64,000 nt of DNA from a virus (taxonomy: Duplodnaviria; Caudoviricetes): IMG/VR virus record IMGVR_UViG_3300021387_000573, positions 60,756-124,755 of that record. One strand, given 5' to 3'. A program made the translations under genes and the position numbers. Under the pieces are notes generated by a model. The model was given only the letters and a program-made list of their open reading frames with translations. It had not been told where the DNA came from and did not search any database. Shown piece after piece: positions 1 through 11,701 of this stretch. Every line of letters starts with the position of its first letter. Positions within the stretch are counted from its first letter, which is position 1.

Positions 1-102
1 CTGGAAAAACTGAGAGACGATTCCGGCGATCCCGATATGTTCGACCGGCACTACTACTGTGTCCAGACCTTCAACCTGGATGAGAACTATTCGATCAAAT
101 AA
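1..102 (+). CDS. 3' end of hypothetical protein (partial)
   Basis: Open frame from position 1 to TAA at 100-102. Confidence 0.6.
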   Translation: MEKLRDDSGDPDMFDRHYYCVQTFNLDENYSIK

Positions 103-110
103 AATGCAGA

Positions 111-185
111 TTTCATAATGCAGAGCACACCGGAAAATCCGGTGTAATGCAGCCGAAGACCGTTGCAAGCCGGTTGTACTGGAAA
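111..185 (+). ncRNA. Twister self-cleaving ribozyme, circularly permuted (type P5-like)
   Basis: TGCA-GAG-CA-CACCGGA-aaa-TCCGGTG-TAA-TGCA-GCC-gaag-ACCG-TTGCAAGC-CGGT. P1, UAA cleavage loop, P2 (TGCA/TGCA), P4 with NNNCAAGC loop and pseudoknot T1 (UG/CA) are all present. Confidence 0.85.
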
Positions 186-187
186 AT

Positions 188-1093
188 ATGAATGGAGGTT
201 TACATATGAGCAATCGAATCCCGAGAAACGCCACCCGTTTGGAAGTTACCTGGCTGGTCGGCTCCAATGCTTGTCCGGCAGGAACCACAACAGAGGTTTG
301 GAAAGACAGCTTTGGCTGGCATGAACAAATCGGCGGAAAATACTACAGCGTTTTCCCTGCGCATCTGCGCAATGAAAACGTCTGCAAATTCAAGGTGATC
401 GCATGATGGAAAATACGATGAACATTGAACCTGCGTCCATACTGAGCTTGGAACAGTACATAAATGTACTCCACGATCGCATAGAGAGCGATCCGTATAT
501 GGAAAGCGCGTACACCGTAGAGGACAGACACAAACTGTCTGGCATCCGCGAGGCGCTGGGGCTGCTTGGCATCCACCTTGTCGAAAACGAGTATGGATAC
601 ATCGAATGTGTGAGGGTGTTCTGATGGAAAAAATGGACAATATCATCACTACTTACGCGCCGGAAACGGACATGACTTTCATCCTGGAGGATGACGAGTA
701 TCACACTAAGGTGATCGGTTGGTACTATGGCGAGCCGAACGTATGGGCAACAAAGCTCTTCGCCGGAAAACTTGAAGCCACATACAGTAAACCAAAGAGG
801 TGGAAAACATGAAATATCCCGTCGAATGCAACAACTGGTATCTTTTGGACGTGGACTCCATGGAATATTACAGAGTGACGCCGGAAGGCCATGAATTCAT
901 CGACATGACATGGCTTGACGGAGACGAGGAAGACACATACGCCGTCTGCACTAATCTGGAAGAGACGGAAGACTTCTATCAAGCTGAGTATGACTTTCAG
1001 GATCTTCACCACACAGATAGCTATTGTATCTCCGGCATCGTAACTAAATCAGAATCGGAAAGAATTATTCTGGATTATATCCAGACACATTAA
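188..1093 (+). CDS. Four small hypothetical genes (188-406, 403-624, ~624-812, ~809-1093)
   Basis: Tandem, translationally coupled ORFs; no recognised domain. Confidence 0.6.
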
Positions 1094-1173
1094 GGTTTCT
1101 CTGAGGGTTGAGCCTATCAGCCCTATCCCATGCAGATAAAACATGACTTGGAAATTTTGAAGGAGGATTTACA

Positions 1174-1876
1174 AATGCGTATTCACGAGGATAACAGTTA
1201 TATCAACAACAAACTGATTGCCGGTGGGCTGATGCGGAAAATTCCGCACTCCATCCGTCTGGACGTGGGTTACACCGAAGAGCAGAAAGCCGCGAATAGA
1301 GCCTATGCCGAGAAGGTTGGGCTGAACAGCCAAGAATGGAAGGATTCTTGCGAGGCAGCTCGTCAGCGTCAGGCAGAGGAAAATCTGAAGATCGTGGAGT
1401 ATCTCTCGGAGCATCTTACTGTCGGCGCGTTTCGCATGGAAAACTTGGACGATTGCGACCTCTGGTTCTGGTGCAATGACCTGTACAATACTTGCCACGA
1501 TGGAAGATCCGGCAGAGATTACAGTTACATCACCCTGTCTTTTGTCCGTGACGATGCCGATCTGAACCGGAAAAATTGCAGACGCGCTATGGAACTTCTC
1601 GCTGTCTATCCTTGTGATCTCATGCAGGCCACGATCCAGTGGAGCCAGGAGGAACGCAAGGAAAACACGACTCGCGTTGCGGAGAAAATCTTCCAGACTT
1701 ATGCTGGTAGGTTTGTCAAGCTCGGAAACACCGAAGGTAAGATCGAGAAGTGGGATAACGGTTATATCTTCAAGAAGAAGTATTCCAAGAAGTATGCCTA
1801 TCGCCTGACACCGCTGGAAATTTGCAGAAGTTTCTACTGCCAGGATGAAGTTGCCGCAGCGCTCGCGGCCATGTGA
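1174..1876 (+). CDS. Hypothetical protein
   Basis: AAGGAGG RBS before ATG 1174; long ORF. Confidence 0.75.
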
Positions 1877-1889
1877 TTGGAGGATTTGA

Positions 1890-3357
1890 ATGACAGTCAA
1901 AGAGTTTCTTTCCCTGTGGGCGGATAATCCGAGCATCAAAATCATGCAAATGCCGATCAAAAAGATTGACAAAAGCAGCGACCCTGTTCATAGACAGACA
2001 GCTCTCGTTTCGGAACTTTTGAAATCCAATCAGAACTATCTGGATTTTGAGATTGCTTACTTCCTGATGGATGACGATCTGCTAATCGTCGTCTGCAAAG
2101 CAAACGAAGAGCAGGCAAGAAAAACGGTCGATGCCTATCTTGAAGGCAGATGATTGGAGGATTTGAATGGGACAGCATAAATATAATCCGACAGCCATCG
2201 CCGCAAAGAACGGGGAGCTTCCGCCGAAGCCGCCGAAAATGAGCAAGCGAGAGCGCGAGGCGGCCCTGTACGCAGCCATGGAAAAAGCTATGCACGAGAA
2301 GGGTTTGCTGACGCCGGACGATCTGCTGAAAGTCGGAAACATTGAGAAGTATTATTAAATTGAATTGGAGAATCTGAAATGGATAGAGAAATTGTGGAAG
2401 AAATCATCTTCGGCATGGTCGATATCATCAACGAAAACTATCGGCTCAAGAGAGAGCTGAAAGAAGCCAAGGAGTATGAGCGGAAGTATAACGATCTGCT
2501 TGACCAGAGCGTGAAGAATGCCGCAGCCGGACAGAAAGCTATGTTTGAAGCGATCCTTGCCGGTACATTTGCATCTGGAAAATCGGACTGATTTGGAGGA
2601 TTTGATATGGATTCTTGGATTGATGCATTCGTGAAGTCTTACGAGGAAGAACAGCAGAGGCATATTAAAGAGGTTGATCCTGCCGTAGAGCTTGGCGCTT
2701 GGAAAAAACCATATGGAAAGATCTGTGAGTTTGAGGGCTCCAGACAGGTTGCCGTCATTTATTACGGAACATGTCCTCATTGCGGTGAAGAATCCGCAGT
2801 CAGTTTCAGGTTTGGAACATATGCCGATCCGGAGTACCCACCGTTCTGCCCGGAGTGCGGCCAGCAGGTGAAGACGATCATGCCGAAGCGATAAGGAGAA
2901 TTCGACATGGCAGCAGCGTACATCAAAGTGTTTTGCAATGGCGAACCTGTTCGGACATTTGGCGGAAATAAAAAGGAAGTCAGGATAATGTGGGAAGCGT
3001 ATGAAAACATGACTGTAGAAGAATTTGTCACGAAACATCCAAGATTTGCCGGAAAGTGCAAACACAGAAAACATATCGTTGTGATGTTCAAAAAGAAATG
3101 AAATATGACTTTTATCGGAGGTGGAAAAATTGATTGCTGCAAGACCTAAAATCGCCCGTTATGGCGTGGAAATTCTGGTTGACGAGACACGCTATCAGAA
3201 TAGCGTTTTGTTTTACGACACCGAAGCCGAGCGGGATGCTGTCGCAGAAAGTTTGAAGAACATCGTGCCGATTCGCAAGTGGGCAACAACGATCCCAAAA
3301 GCAAACTGTGTTCCCGGCTGGCTCGTTGTGGAAAATTCGATCAACTTTATTCAGTGA
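1890..3357 (+). CDS. Six small hypothetical genes (1890-2153, 2167-2358, 2379-2591, 2607-2894 Zn-ribbon, 2907-3101, 3121-3357)
   Basis: Consecutive ORFs, most with a GGAG(G) RBS; CPHC/CPEC motifs in 2607-2894. Confidence 0.7.
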
Positions 3358-3369
3358 AAGGAGAACATA

Positions 3370-3891
3370 TTGGTACGAGAGATTAAAACCATTCGTGACG
3401 CAGCGCAGGAATGGGTGCGCGAGATGAACGCTTATCCCTATGACATGATCGCCAAGCTTATGGCCAACGATCCGGACGAATGGCGTGAGGTAACGAAGCC
3501 GTCTGTCGGAGATCGCGTGTGTGTCTATAACAAAGGCGAGGGCGAAGTCACAGGCGTAGAAAATTTGGATGACGAGCCGGTGTATACCGTCGAGCTCGAT
3601 AACGGCAATCTTGCCGCCTGCAGTGAGGATGATTTCGAGCTGCTGTTCGATGACATTCTTCCAATGTGGGGAACGCTCTGGAGCTTCGGAGATTCCTGTG
3701 ATGACTGGTGGCTGGAGGAAGACAACGGCATCGAGCTTATGTCCCGCTGCGGCTTCCGTGTGTTCCAGTCGGATGATTTCGGCTACTTCTTCGGCATCGA
3801 CGGCGCCGGCTACGACTTCTATGAGGCGCACTGGATTCCGCTGTACAAAGCTCGCGGCCTTAAATGGCACTCCGTAGAAGATACCAATTGA
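3370..3891 (+). CDS. Acidic phage hypothetical protein
   Basis: AAGGAG RBS, TTG start, 173 aa. Confidence 0.75.
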   Translation: MVREIKTIRDAAQEWVREMNAYPYDMIAKLMANDPDEWREVTKPSVGDRVCVYNKGEGEVTGVENLDDEPVYTVELDNGNLAACSEDDFELLFDDILPMWGTLWSFGDSCDDWWLEEDNGIELMSRCGFRVFQSDDFGYFFGIDGAGYDFYEAHWIPLYKARGLKWHSVEDTN

Positions 3892-3931
3892 TTCGTTGTA
3901 AATCCAACATACAAATTACAACAAGGAGGAA

Positions 3932-4261
3932 ATGATCTTGGAAATTTCCATGTGGAACATCGAAGATATGACCGGCTATCAGCCGAAGACCACCTTCTGG
4001 ATGGACTTCAGCATTGCCGATAAGTTCGGCAAGGGTGCCGTCATGGACACCTATCAGAGAGCATTTGACAACTGGAAGGATGATCCCATCTATCTCACTG
4101 AGCTTGTCATGGTGCTCAACTGGAAGCTCTGGGAGCACCACGATGCCGGGAATGCTGTCCTTGCAGAAACCTACGACAAACTCTGGAGCGAAGCGGACGA
4201 GTATGCCATGGACAATCTGACAGGAGAAGATCTCAGCTACTTCCTGAACACAACAGACTGA
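3932..4261 (+). CDS. Phage hypothetical protein (TTFWMDFSIAD motif)
   Basis: AAGGAGG RBS; 109 aa. Confidence 0.75.
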   Translation: MILEISMWNIEDMTGYQPKTTFWMDFSIADKFGKGAVMDTYQRAFDNWKDDPIYLTELVMVLNWKLWEHHDAGNAVLAETYDKLWSEADEYAMDNLTGEDLSYFLNTTD

Positions 4262-4263
4262 CC

Positions 4264-4287
4264 GTAGGGGCGGATATCATCCGCCCG
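4264..4287 (+). repeat. Single GTAG-type REP-like palindrome / terminator hairpin
   Basis: GTAG-G-GGGCGGAT-atc-ATCCGCCC immediately after a stop codon. Confidence 0.45.
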
Positions 4288-4318
4288 CATACATAAAAAA
4301 TTAAGAAAGGGGATTGCC

Positions 4319-7300
4319 TTGGAAACCTTTACATTCGATGCTTATATGGCCTATGGAGACACGGAGAAAACCACCTTCGAGATCAATATTGATCCGCGAG
4401 ATAAGGACCTTGCAACACGCTTGCGCAATGACATTGTAAAGAAGGTTGGAGCGGAGCCCGTATTCTGTAATGATCTGACCGGAGAACTTTGGATGTTCGA
4501 CATGAAATTGGGCGACGGCCTGTGGCTTGAAAACATTCATCCAAGCAACGATCTGAAAACAGTTCGCGCTGGGCTGTATAACGCGGAACATTATCGCCCT
4601 GCTGATTGGAACACCATTCCAACCGTACCGATTGACGAATAGGAGGGAACAATGTACATACACCTGAAAGACGGAACTGGTCGTCTGATCGATAACGATA
4701 ACGCCGAGCGCGAGCTGCGCGACATGCTGGAGGAATACTGCGGCAGGGAAGCGCTGGACTGCCTGGATTACGTCCTGGATCTCAAGACCGACGAGATCGA
4801 AGAAGAATTGAGGAAAGAATATGAGGAATTCGGAGACGATGAGCAAGATTGATACAGAGTTTTCTGGTCTGGTTTATAGATATAGACTTGATAAGGAACT
4901 GCTTGGAAAACATCCTGAGAATAAGGAACTTTTAGAAAGAAGAATCAGCAGACATAAGGATGATATCATTAATCTTGTTACTTCAGATGAGTTTTTGAAG
5001 AACTATAGTCAGAGAATGGGAAAATAAAAGGAGGATTTCATTATGAATGGGATCGATGCGAATGTTGCTTTTATTCCGGTTAGATGTATTTCAACCAGAG
5101 ATTCAAAGCCGGATCAGATCGAGGTTGGCAGAGCATATATAATCGACAGGCTTTCTATCTGGCTTGACGCAGACGGAGATGCCTACGGCGTCGTGTATGA
5201 TGCAGCGCGGAATAGAGTAGGGCAGATGCTTCTGTCCCATTTCACGAGCGTATAAGGAGGTTATATCTATGGATAGTTTCGTTTTAAAGGCATTGAAAGC
5301 TTTAAAATGGCATGATGATCGGCCAGGATTTGATGGAGTGGTCAGGCATTCTACCGGAGTTGACGATGTTTCCGTTTGCGGTACAAGAATCTATATCCGA
5401 TATGATGTAACGGCCAATACTTGCATTGAAAGCGGAATGGACGATGGGACATTTAGCGTTTTCGTTCAATTCCCGAACAATAATTTTATCAAGGAAACGG
5501 TCGGCTCTTTTGAATCAGGGAAGAAAAGATGCGAAGAACTCAGAAAAGAGTTCTGGAACAAGTGGTATAAAGAGATTGAAAGGATGTTCGCATAATGAAC
5601 AGAAAAGATATTAGAATTTGCTCTTGTGGCAGAATCCACTTCATTGATTCCGGGATCATTGACGAGGCGCTTGAACAGAACAAGAATACGCTTGTCATTT
5701 GCGGCGGCTGCGGCAGAACCTATGTGATCGGTGCAGACATTGAACCGGATTGGTACGAGCCGGATAAGATGTGCTACAACATGTATACGAGCACATTGTT
5801 CCACAATGGGAGCGAAGACCCTTATATCTTTGATCAGAAGTTCTTTGAGACAGTAGAAGGGAAATTCAAAGGCTTTCACAAGGTTATCATCGATCCTGGC
5901 AAGAGAGTCATGATGGACACCGGATACTATGCGACTGCCTATGACAACGGCAGCGGTATGTTCTATGACATGCAGTATCCTGATTTCTGGAAGATCAAAA
6001 AGACGGACGAGCTGGAGGATGTTCTGCTTTTCATTAACAAGTTCCAGCGAGATATGAAATCCGTCAACATGAACTGGCTCCTGCGTTCTCTCACGGACGA
6101 AGAGGCGGAACAGCTCTCACACTACGGCGTAAAGGGCCTGAACTGGAAGGGAACAAAGTGGGAGACCGAATATAACAGTCGATAAGGAGGCTTCTATGGC
6201 AAGTAAGAGAAACGCCAGGTTCCTGGATGCTCAGAATTTTATCTATGAACTGCGCCAGAAATGGTATCAAACCGAAGAACAGATGGAACGACACAATGCA
6301 GAAAACGGTAAAGATACAACGTATTATATTCTTCTTGGCCGTTGTGACGCTTTGATGCAGGCGGTAGATATGGCAGAAGAATTCGCAGCCGGCCAGTACG
6401 CTGTAAAGTACGAATAAACAGTAGTAAAGGAGAAATCTATTATGGATTTTATGGATGCTCTGGTTGATGGTTTTGTAGAAGTTCAGAATCAGCTTGAACC
6501 AGACTATGGCTATTTGTGCGATATTCGCGGCAATCCGACAAAGCGCCACCCGATGTCATATCCATATAGTTACGATGCTTATGTAATTTGGGCTAAAGAG
6601 TACAAAGAAAATGATGATGCGGTTTACTCAGACAGGCTCTATCAATGGGATTCAGAAAAGTATGATCGTTGTTGTATGGAAGTGTGGAACGACAGAAGGC
6701 AAGTGTTTAATAGAAGCAATCCCAAGGATATTCAAAAGTTTCTTTCGTTGTACTTTGGGGAAACGGTAAAACTGACTGGAATTGAAAAGGGATGCAACGT
6801 TTCAACTGGATGCCCATATTGGGTATTCTATTATCGAGCCGAATAAAAAGAGGGCAATTCTATGTCGATTCATTGCGATGATATTGATTGCTGTGACTTT
6901 TGCACAGATCTTTCTTGCGATGTCAATCCAAAAATGTTTGCGGCGATGTATGCTATATATAAGTCAAGCGAAGATGATGGCAATGATAGTACAGAATAAA
7001 ATTGTCACTTCATCACGAAAATAAATAGAAATATCGTGCCTTTTAACACGTTTTTCTATGGATAAAGTGCAAAATTTTACACATTATCCGCGTTTATCAA
7101 TAGAGGATTAGAACTGGCAATCATTGTTCATTGAATTATGTAAACTTTGGTGATAATCTTTTGACGTGAACAAAGAAGATCTGATAACTGCATAATTCAA
7201 TGAAAGGGGACTGCAAAATGAAAGAACTGTATACATTCAAGCGGAGCAAGAACGGTGAAATCAGTATCAATCCAGGTGGAAGCTATAAGGATGCCTGTGA

Positions 7301-7682
7301 TGCAGGAAGTCTGCGGAAAGCGGTGTTGTTTGCTGTCCTGTGGGCACTTGGCAGCAGAGCCGGGCAGCTCGACACGGCGGACAAATCTGAATTCCTGGAC
7401 GATCTGTTGTTTCCGGATGGAGACGCACCGGTAGATTACAGCTTCGGACGATCCGTACATAACGAGGAGGCGACTGTTGTAGTAGATGAAGGATGTGATC
7501 TGGAGGCGGAGGCCAAAGATGTGTTCAGTTTCATGGACGCATACCGCAGCAGAATCCTTGTAAATTTTGAGTTCCTTGCCAGTCTGGTCGAGTGTGAAAT
7601 GAGCGCAGGGGTGTTTCTCCGGAAGAAGGACGAAGTGGAGGGCTGTGTTGGCCGATACGAGAAGTTCTATAACATTAGATAG
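4319..7682 (+). CDS. Array of hypothetical genes (4319-4642, 4652-4852, ~4839-5027, 5043-5255, 5269-5595, 5595-6185, 6196-6417, 6442-6846, ~6862-6999, ~7218-7682)
   Basis: Co-oriented ORFs with RBSs; no recognised domains. Confidence 0.65.
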
Positions 7683-7743
7683 AAGAGCAGGCGGGGACTT
7701 ATCTCTCCGCCTGAAAAATCTTGAAAAATATTTACATAACTTG

Positions 7744-7772
7744 TTGACAAATGCAAAATGTTCTGATAGAAT
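7744..7772 (+). promoter_or_regulatory. Sigma-A promoter carrying the conserved TGTTGACAAATGYA box
   Basis: TTGACA-17 bp-TAGAAT with extended TG. Confidence 0.85.
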
Positions 7773-7867
7773 ACAAGAGGGTCGAACGAAAGACCCGTTA
7801 AAATAGCAAGCAAAACGCAGTCAAAAGAAACTAAATACACAAAATACGGATTGTATCGGGAGGAATT

Positions 7868-8074
7868 ATGGAAAGAGGATATGCTTACGGGATGCGCCTG
7901 CGTGGATTCAGCCCCGGTGCTCAGCCGATGGGGACTTTTCTGGATCGCATGGAGGACACGACAGGGAAGTATCACGATATTCTGATCTACTCCGTCCCTC
8001 TGAAAGAGGAGGCGGTCAGACAATACGACCTGGATTACCTTGGCCGCGCCGTGACCGAGTGGATCATTCAGTAA
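7868..8074 (+). CDS. DarA C-terminal-like small domain protein
   Basis: YGMRLRGFSPGAQP motif resembles the DarA_C family (recognised by eye). Confidence 0.45.
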   Translation: MERGYAYGMRLRGFSPGAQPMGTFLDRMEDTTGKYHDILIYSVPLKEEAVRQYDLDYLGRAVTEWIIQ

Positions 8075-8084
8075 GGAGATCAGA

Positions 8085-11000
8085 ATGGGAACCATATGCA
8101 GAAAACTGAATATAGAATGGACATGCCATAATTGCAGATACCGAAAGCGAGGATCACAGCAGGCACCTTGCCGGTGGAGCATAGGCTGCCTGCACAGCAA
8201 CGGCTGGTGTTATGAGTTCAAACCAAGGCTGTCCCTGCTGTTTGCCGAGCTATTTCACGCGAAAAGATAAAACACGAATTTGATATTGGATAGGAGATAG
8301 ATGAGAATGACTAATTGTAATAACAATTTTGGAATCCAATATTTAAGCAATCAAGAATTGGCCAAGAAGTTAGAGAATCATGCCAAGTATTACTGGGATT
8401 ATTGGGATTTGGAGGGGTTGCACTTGGTCAAAGAAGATACTGCCCAGCTTTTATATGAAGCATCCAAAAGATTAAAACAAGTCCAATGAAACGCGAGATT
8501 TATAAGAGGTGTGCATGAAAAAGCACTGGGTTATCGACGCTGAAATCAACATGTGCGCGAACAAACATCTGATGATCTATGTGGATGCCAAAACAAAACG
8601 GCTCGCCTTGATGAAGGCAGAGAAGCAACTCGATGAAAAGAAGAAGACTGGAGAGCTTTTCTTCTACATGATTGAGTCATGCACGCAGTTAGAAGGAGAT
8701 AAATAGGGTAGATGCATATCAGACTTGAATTAGATCCTGCGCCGGTGCGGCATATCGCGGTGCAATGCCCGTCCTGTAAACGCTGGTTTCGTGGTCAGGA
8801 GATATCCGACAACTGGATTCAGTTTGAACACGAGATCAATTTTACAAAGTTTGATTGCCCGGTTTGCGGTCATTCGTTCGGCGCTTTCGAGTACGGTGAT
8901 GAAATCATCATCGACACAGACTATAAAGACATCTACGAAGGGTGTCTGCAAAAGAAAGAAACATGGGAGTAAAGGAGAGAACATGGAACTTAAAGATTTG
9001 TGTGGGCAGCATGTTTTGCAGGGTGTTGATTATGGCATTAAATATACGCGAGACGCCTGGTACGGTGGTACGGAAGAGGTAACGGGAATTCTTTTCCGAA
9101 TGGATGGTGTTTCGTACCTCGCCATTGAAGACCCCGACGATGGTTACAGAAGCCGGTGCGAAGAGCTCGTAGTCGTCAAGGAAATTCCGAAGACCAGACT
9201 TCCGGATGTACCTGTGGTTTGCAGCATGATGAAAGATGACCACTTTGAAAGAAATGATGTACTCGTTGTGAGAGACTCGCAGACCGGGGAAGTCGTCTTA
9301 GAGGTCGGAACAATGAACTGGGATGACTGGTATCCTTATTGCCATTTTGAATATCATCCCGAGAATCTTGCGTGTAACCAAGGCAGATAGGAAATAAAAG
9401 ATAAGTTTTATTCAAAACAAAGTGCCCATACCATGGGCGTTTCGAAGAGGTGAAAAATGGGGTTTTACGTCAGCGGCGTTGACGCGCCGAAGAATTGCAA
9501 AGAATGCGGGCATGATCTTGCCACCATTGCAAATTGTGTTTATACCAAGCGCTTGGTTCTTCCGGAAGAGCACGATATGTCCAGCGGTAGACATCCCCTG
9601 TGCCCGATTTCCCCGGTTGAAACGCCGCATGGGAGGATGGTTGATGTGGATGCGACGGACATCTACCGCAGAGAAGAACGTGCGTATGTAGACATCGAGG
9701 ATTCGCCTTTTAGCGAGTATCTTGAGGGCGTTAAAGATGGCTTGCATGAAGCGGCAAAGTGCCTGTCCACGGCCCACACCATCATTCCGGCAGAACGAGG
9801 AGGATGAACTATGATCGAAGTCAGTATTCCGGCCAGTTATCGCAGATGCCAATGCTGCGGCGACAAGGCTTTTCGTGAGTATACGTTCCGGCTCTCCAAC
9901 CAAGGCACGCAGATAGCCCTGTGTCATAACTGCATCAATATCCTGAACGCGCTTACCAATTATCCGCCGTTAGACAGGAGGGAACGCAATGACACAAAAG
10001 AATAAACGCCTGTTCGATGCGGCGCGTCTGATCCTGAACGACGGATGCCCGCCTGACCCAAAGCAATACATATGCCGCGTCAGCGAATGCTTCGACGAGA
10101 CGGCTTGCACCCGCTGTTGGGATGAATATCTGCTCCGAATTGTGAACGCAAAGGAGGACTGACGTATGGGTGTATATTTCCCGAACATGAAAATGCCAAG
10201 ATGTTGCTATGAGTGCGACCTGTGTTACGATTGCTTTTACTGCAAAAGCCTTGAGGTCAGTTTCTATGATCCGCAAGACAGTGCATTTATCCCGGATGGG
10301 TTTGACCCGGCAAAGGAAAGGCTTCCAAACTGCACCGCCTTCAACCTCCCGGCACACGGAGATGTGATAGACAGACAAAAACTGTATGAGAATTCATGGG
10401 ATGATGAGTCTTTGGCAGACGCGGTTAGATATGCACCGGCCATCATTCCGGCAGAGGAGAGTTATGCGTAAAACAAACTACGATAATTTCCATGAAATGA
10501 AACCGTATGAATTGGCTGATTTTCTGGCTCAGTTGATGGATTGCTGTTTCAACTCCGGGCGTTGTGGCGAATGCGATGAGGAGTGCCCGATGTATGACTG
10601 CTGCAATACCTGCGGTGTTGACAACGTGGAAGACTGGTTGATGCAGGAAGTAAAATGCTGAAAAGATATACTATGAATCTCGATGCAGTTTATGTTCGTA
10701 GCTCAGATGGTGAATTTCATCTGCGTGCAAAAGCGAGTCAAGAAAAGAAATCCGCTACACACTATGACCTGCTTATCCGCAAAACGTCGGATGAGATGGC
10801 GGAGTTTCTAGAGAAATTGACAAAAGGATTTATAACGCCGTCTGGCTGTCCGAAGACTGGCTGCCATAGTGAGAGTTGCAAAACTTGCTGGCTTGACTGG
10901 CTTATGCAAAAAGCAGAATGAAATGTGAGGTTTATTCGCATGAATGATACGACCCTGGAGCTTATCTATGCGCTAAAACGCCGTAATTATGAAAAAGATA

Positions 11001-11269
11001 CGCTGTTAGATGAAGCAATTGCTTTTCTCGCCTCGTACACATGTACTCCAATCGGATACTATAACGAAGCCGAGATGGGGCGTATTGCACAGATGGTATT
11101 CGTGGACTACTTAAAAACCGCACGCAATCCTGCATACGAAGTCCAAAGATTCTTTGATATTTTTAATCGCAACGGTAATACGACTGCAGCCATTCTTGAA
11201 TGCTTGCGGAGCACACAGGTTAGAGATGATAACGGATACATCAATGGATTCAGAGAAGGAAAATGGTAA
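8085..11269 (+). CDS. Array of small, often Cys-rich hypothetical genes (8085-8270, 8301-8489, ~8515-8706, 8712-8972, ~8983-9390, 9457-9807, 9811-10005, 10166-10471, ~10464-10661, 10655-10921, ~10940-11269)
   Basis: Tandem ORFs; many CxxC motifs. Confidence 0.65.
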
Positions 11270-11278
11270 AAGAAACAA

Positions 11279-11701
11279 ATGAAGATAACCGTTATGAACC
11301 GGCGCGATGCCGTTCGGTACAGTTTCCATCCTCAGCAGGAGAAAACATCCGTCATTTCGATCAGCACACCGGGAGAGCAATACCACACAAGCGTTTACAC
11401 GAGCCCGTATAACGGCATTTCTTCCGTGCTGCGCCTCTGGTTTGATGACGTGGAGAGTGGGAAGGACTGCATCAAGAAAGAGGACACCGAGAAGATCAAA
11501 CAGTTTGTCAAAGCACACAAAGAAGATTCGATCATCGTCCATTGTGATGCCGGCGTTTCTCGCTCCGCCGGGATCGCTGCAGCTCTGATGAAATACTACA
11601 ACGGAGACGATACTCCGATCTTTGATAATCCAAGATACTGTCCGAACATGCTATGCTATCGGACAATGCTGAACACGATGATGGAAGGAGATAGATCATG
11701 A
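11279..11701 (+). CDS. Protein tyrosine / dual-specificity phosphatase-like protein
   Basis: HCDAGVSRS (HCx5R) signature; upstream FDD acid loop. Confidence 0.85.
   Translation: MKITVMNRRDAVRYSFHPQQEKTSVISISTPGEQYHTSVYTSPYNGISSVLRLWFDDVESGKDCIKKEDTEKIKQFVKAHKEDSIIVHCDAGVSRSAGIAAALMKYYNGDDTPIFDNPRYCPNMLCYRTMLNTMMEGDRS

Noticed and set aside
7014-7200. AT-rich gap as a replication origin
   Set aside because: No iterons or DnaA boxes recognised; a promoter region explains it adequately
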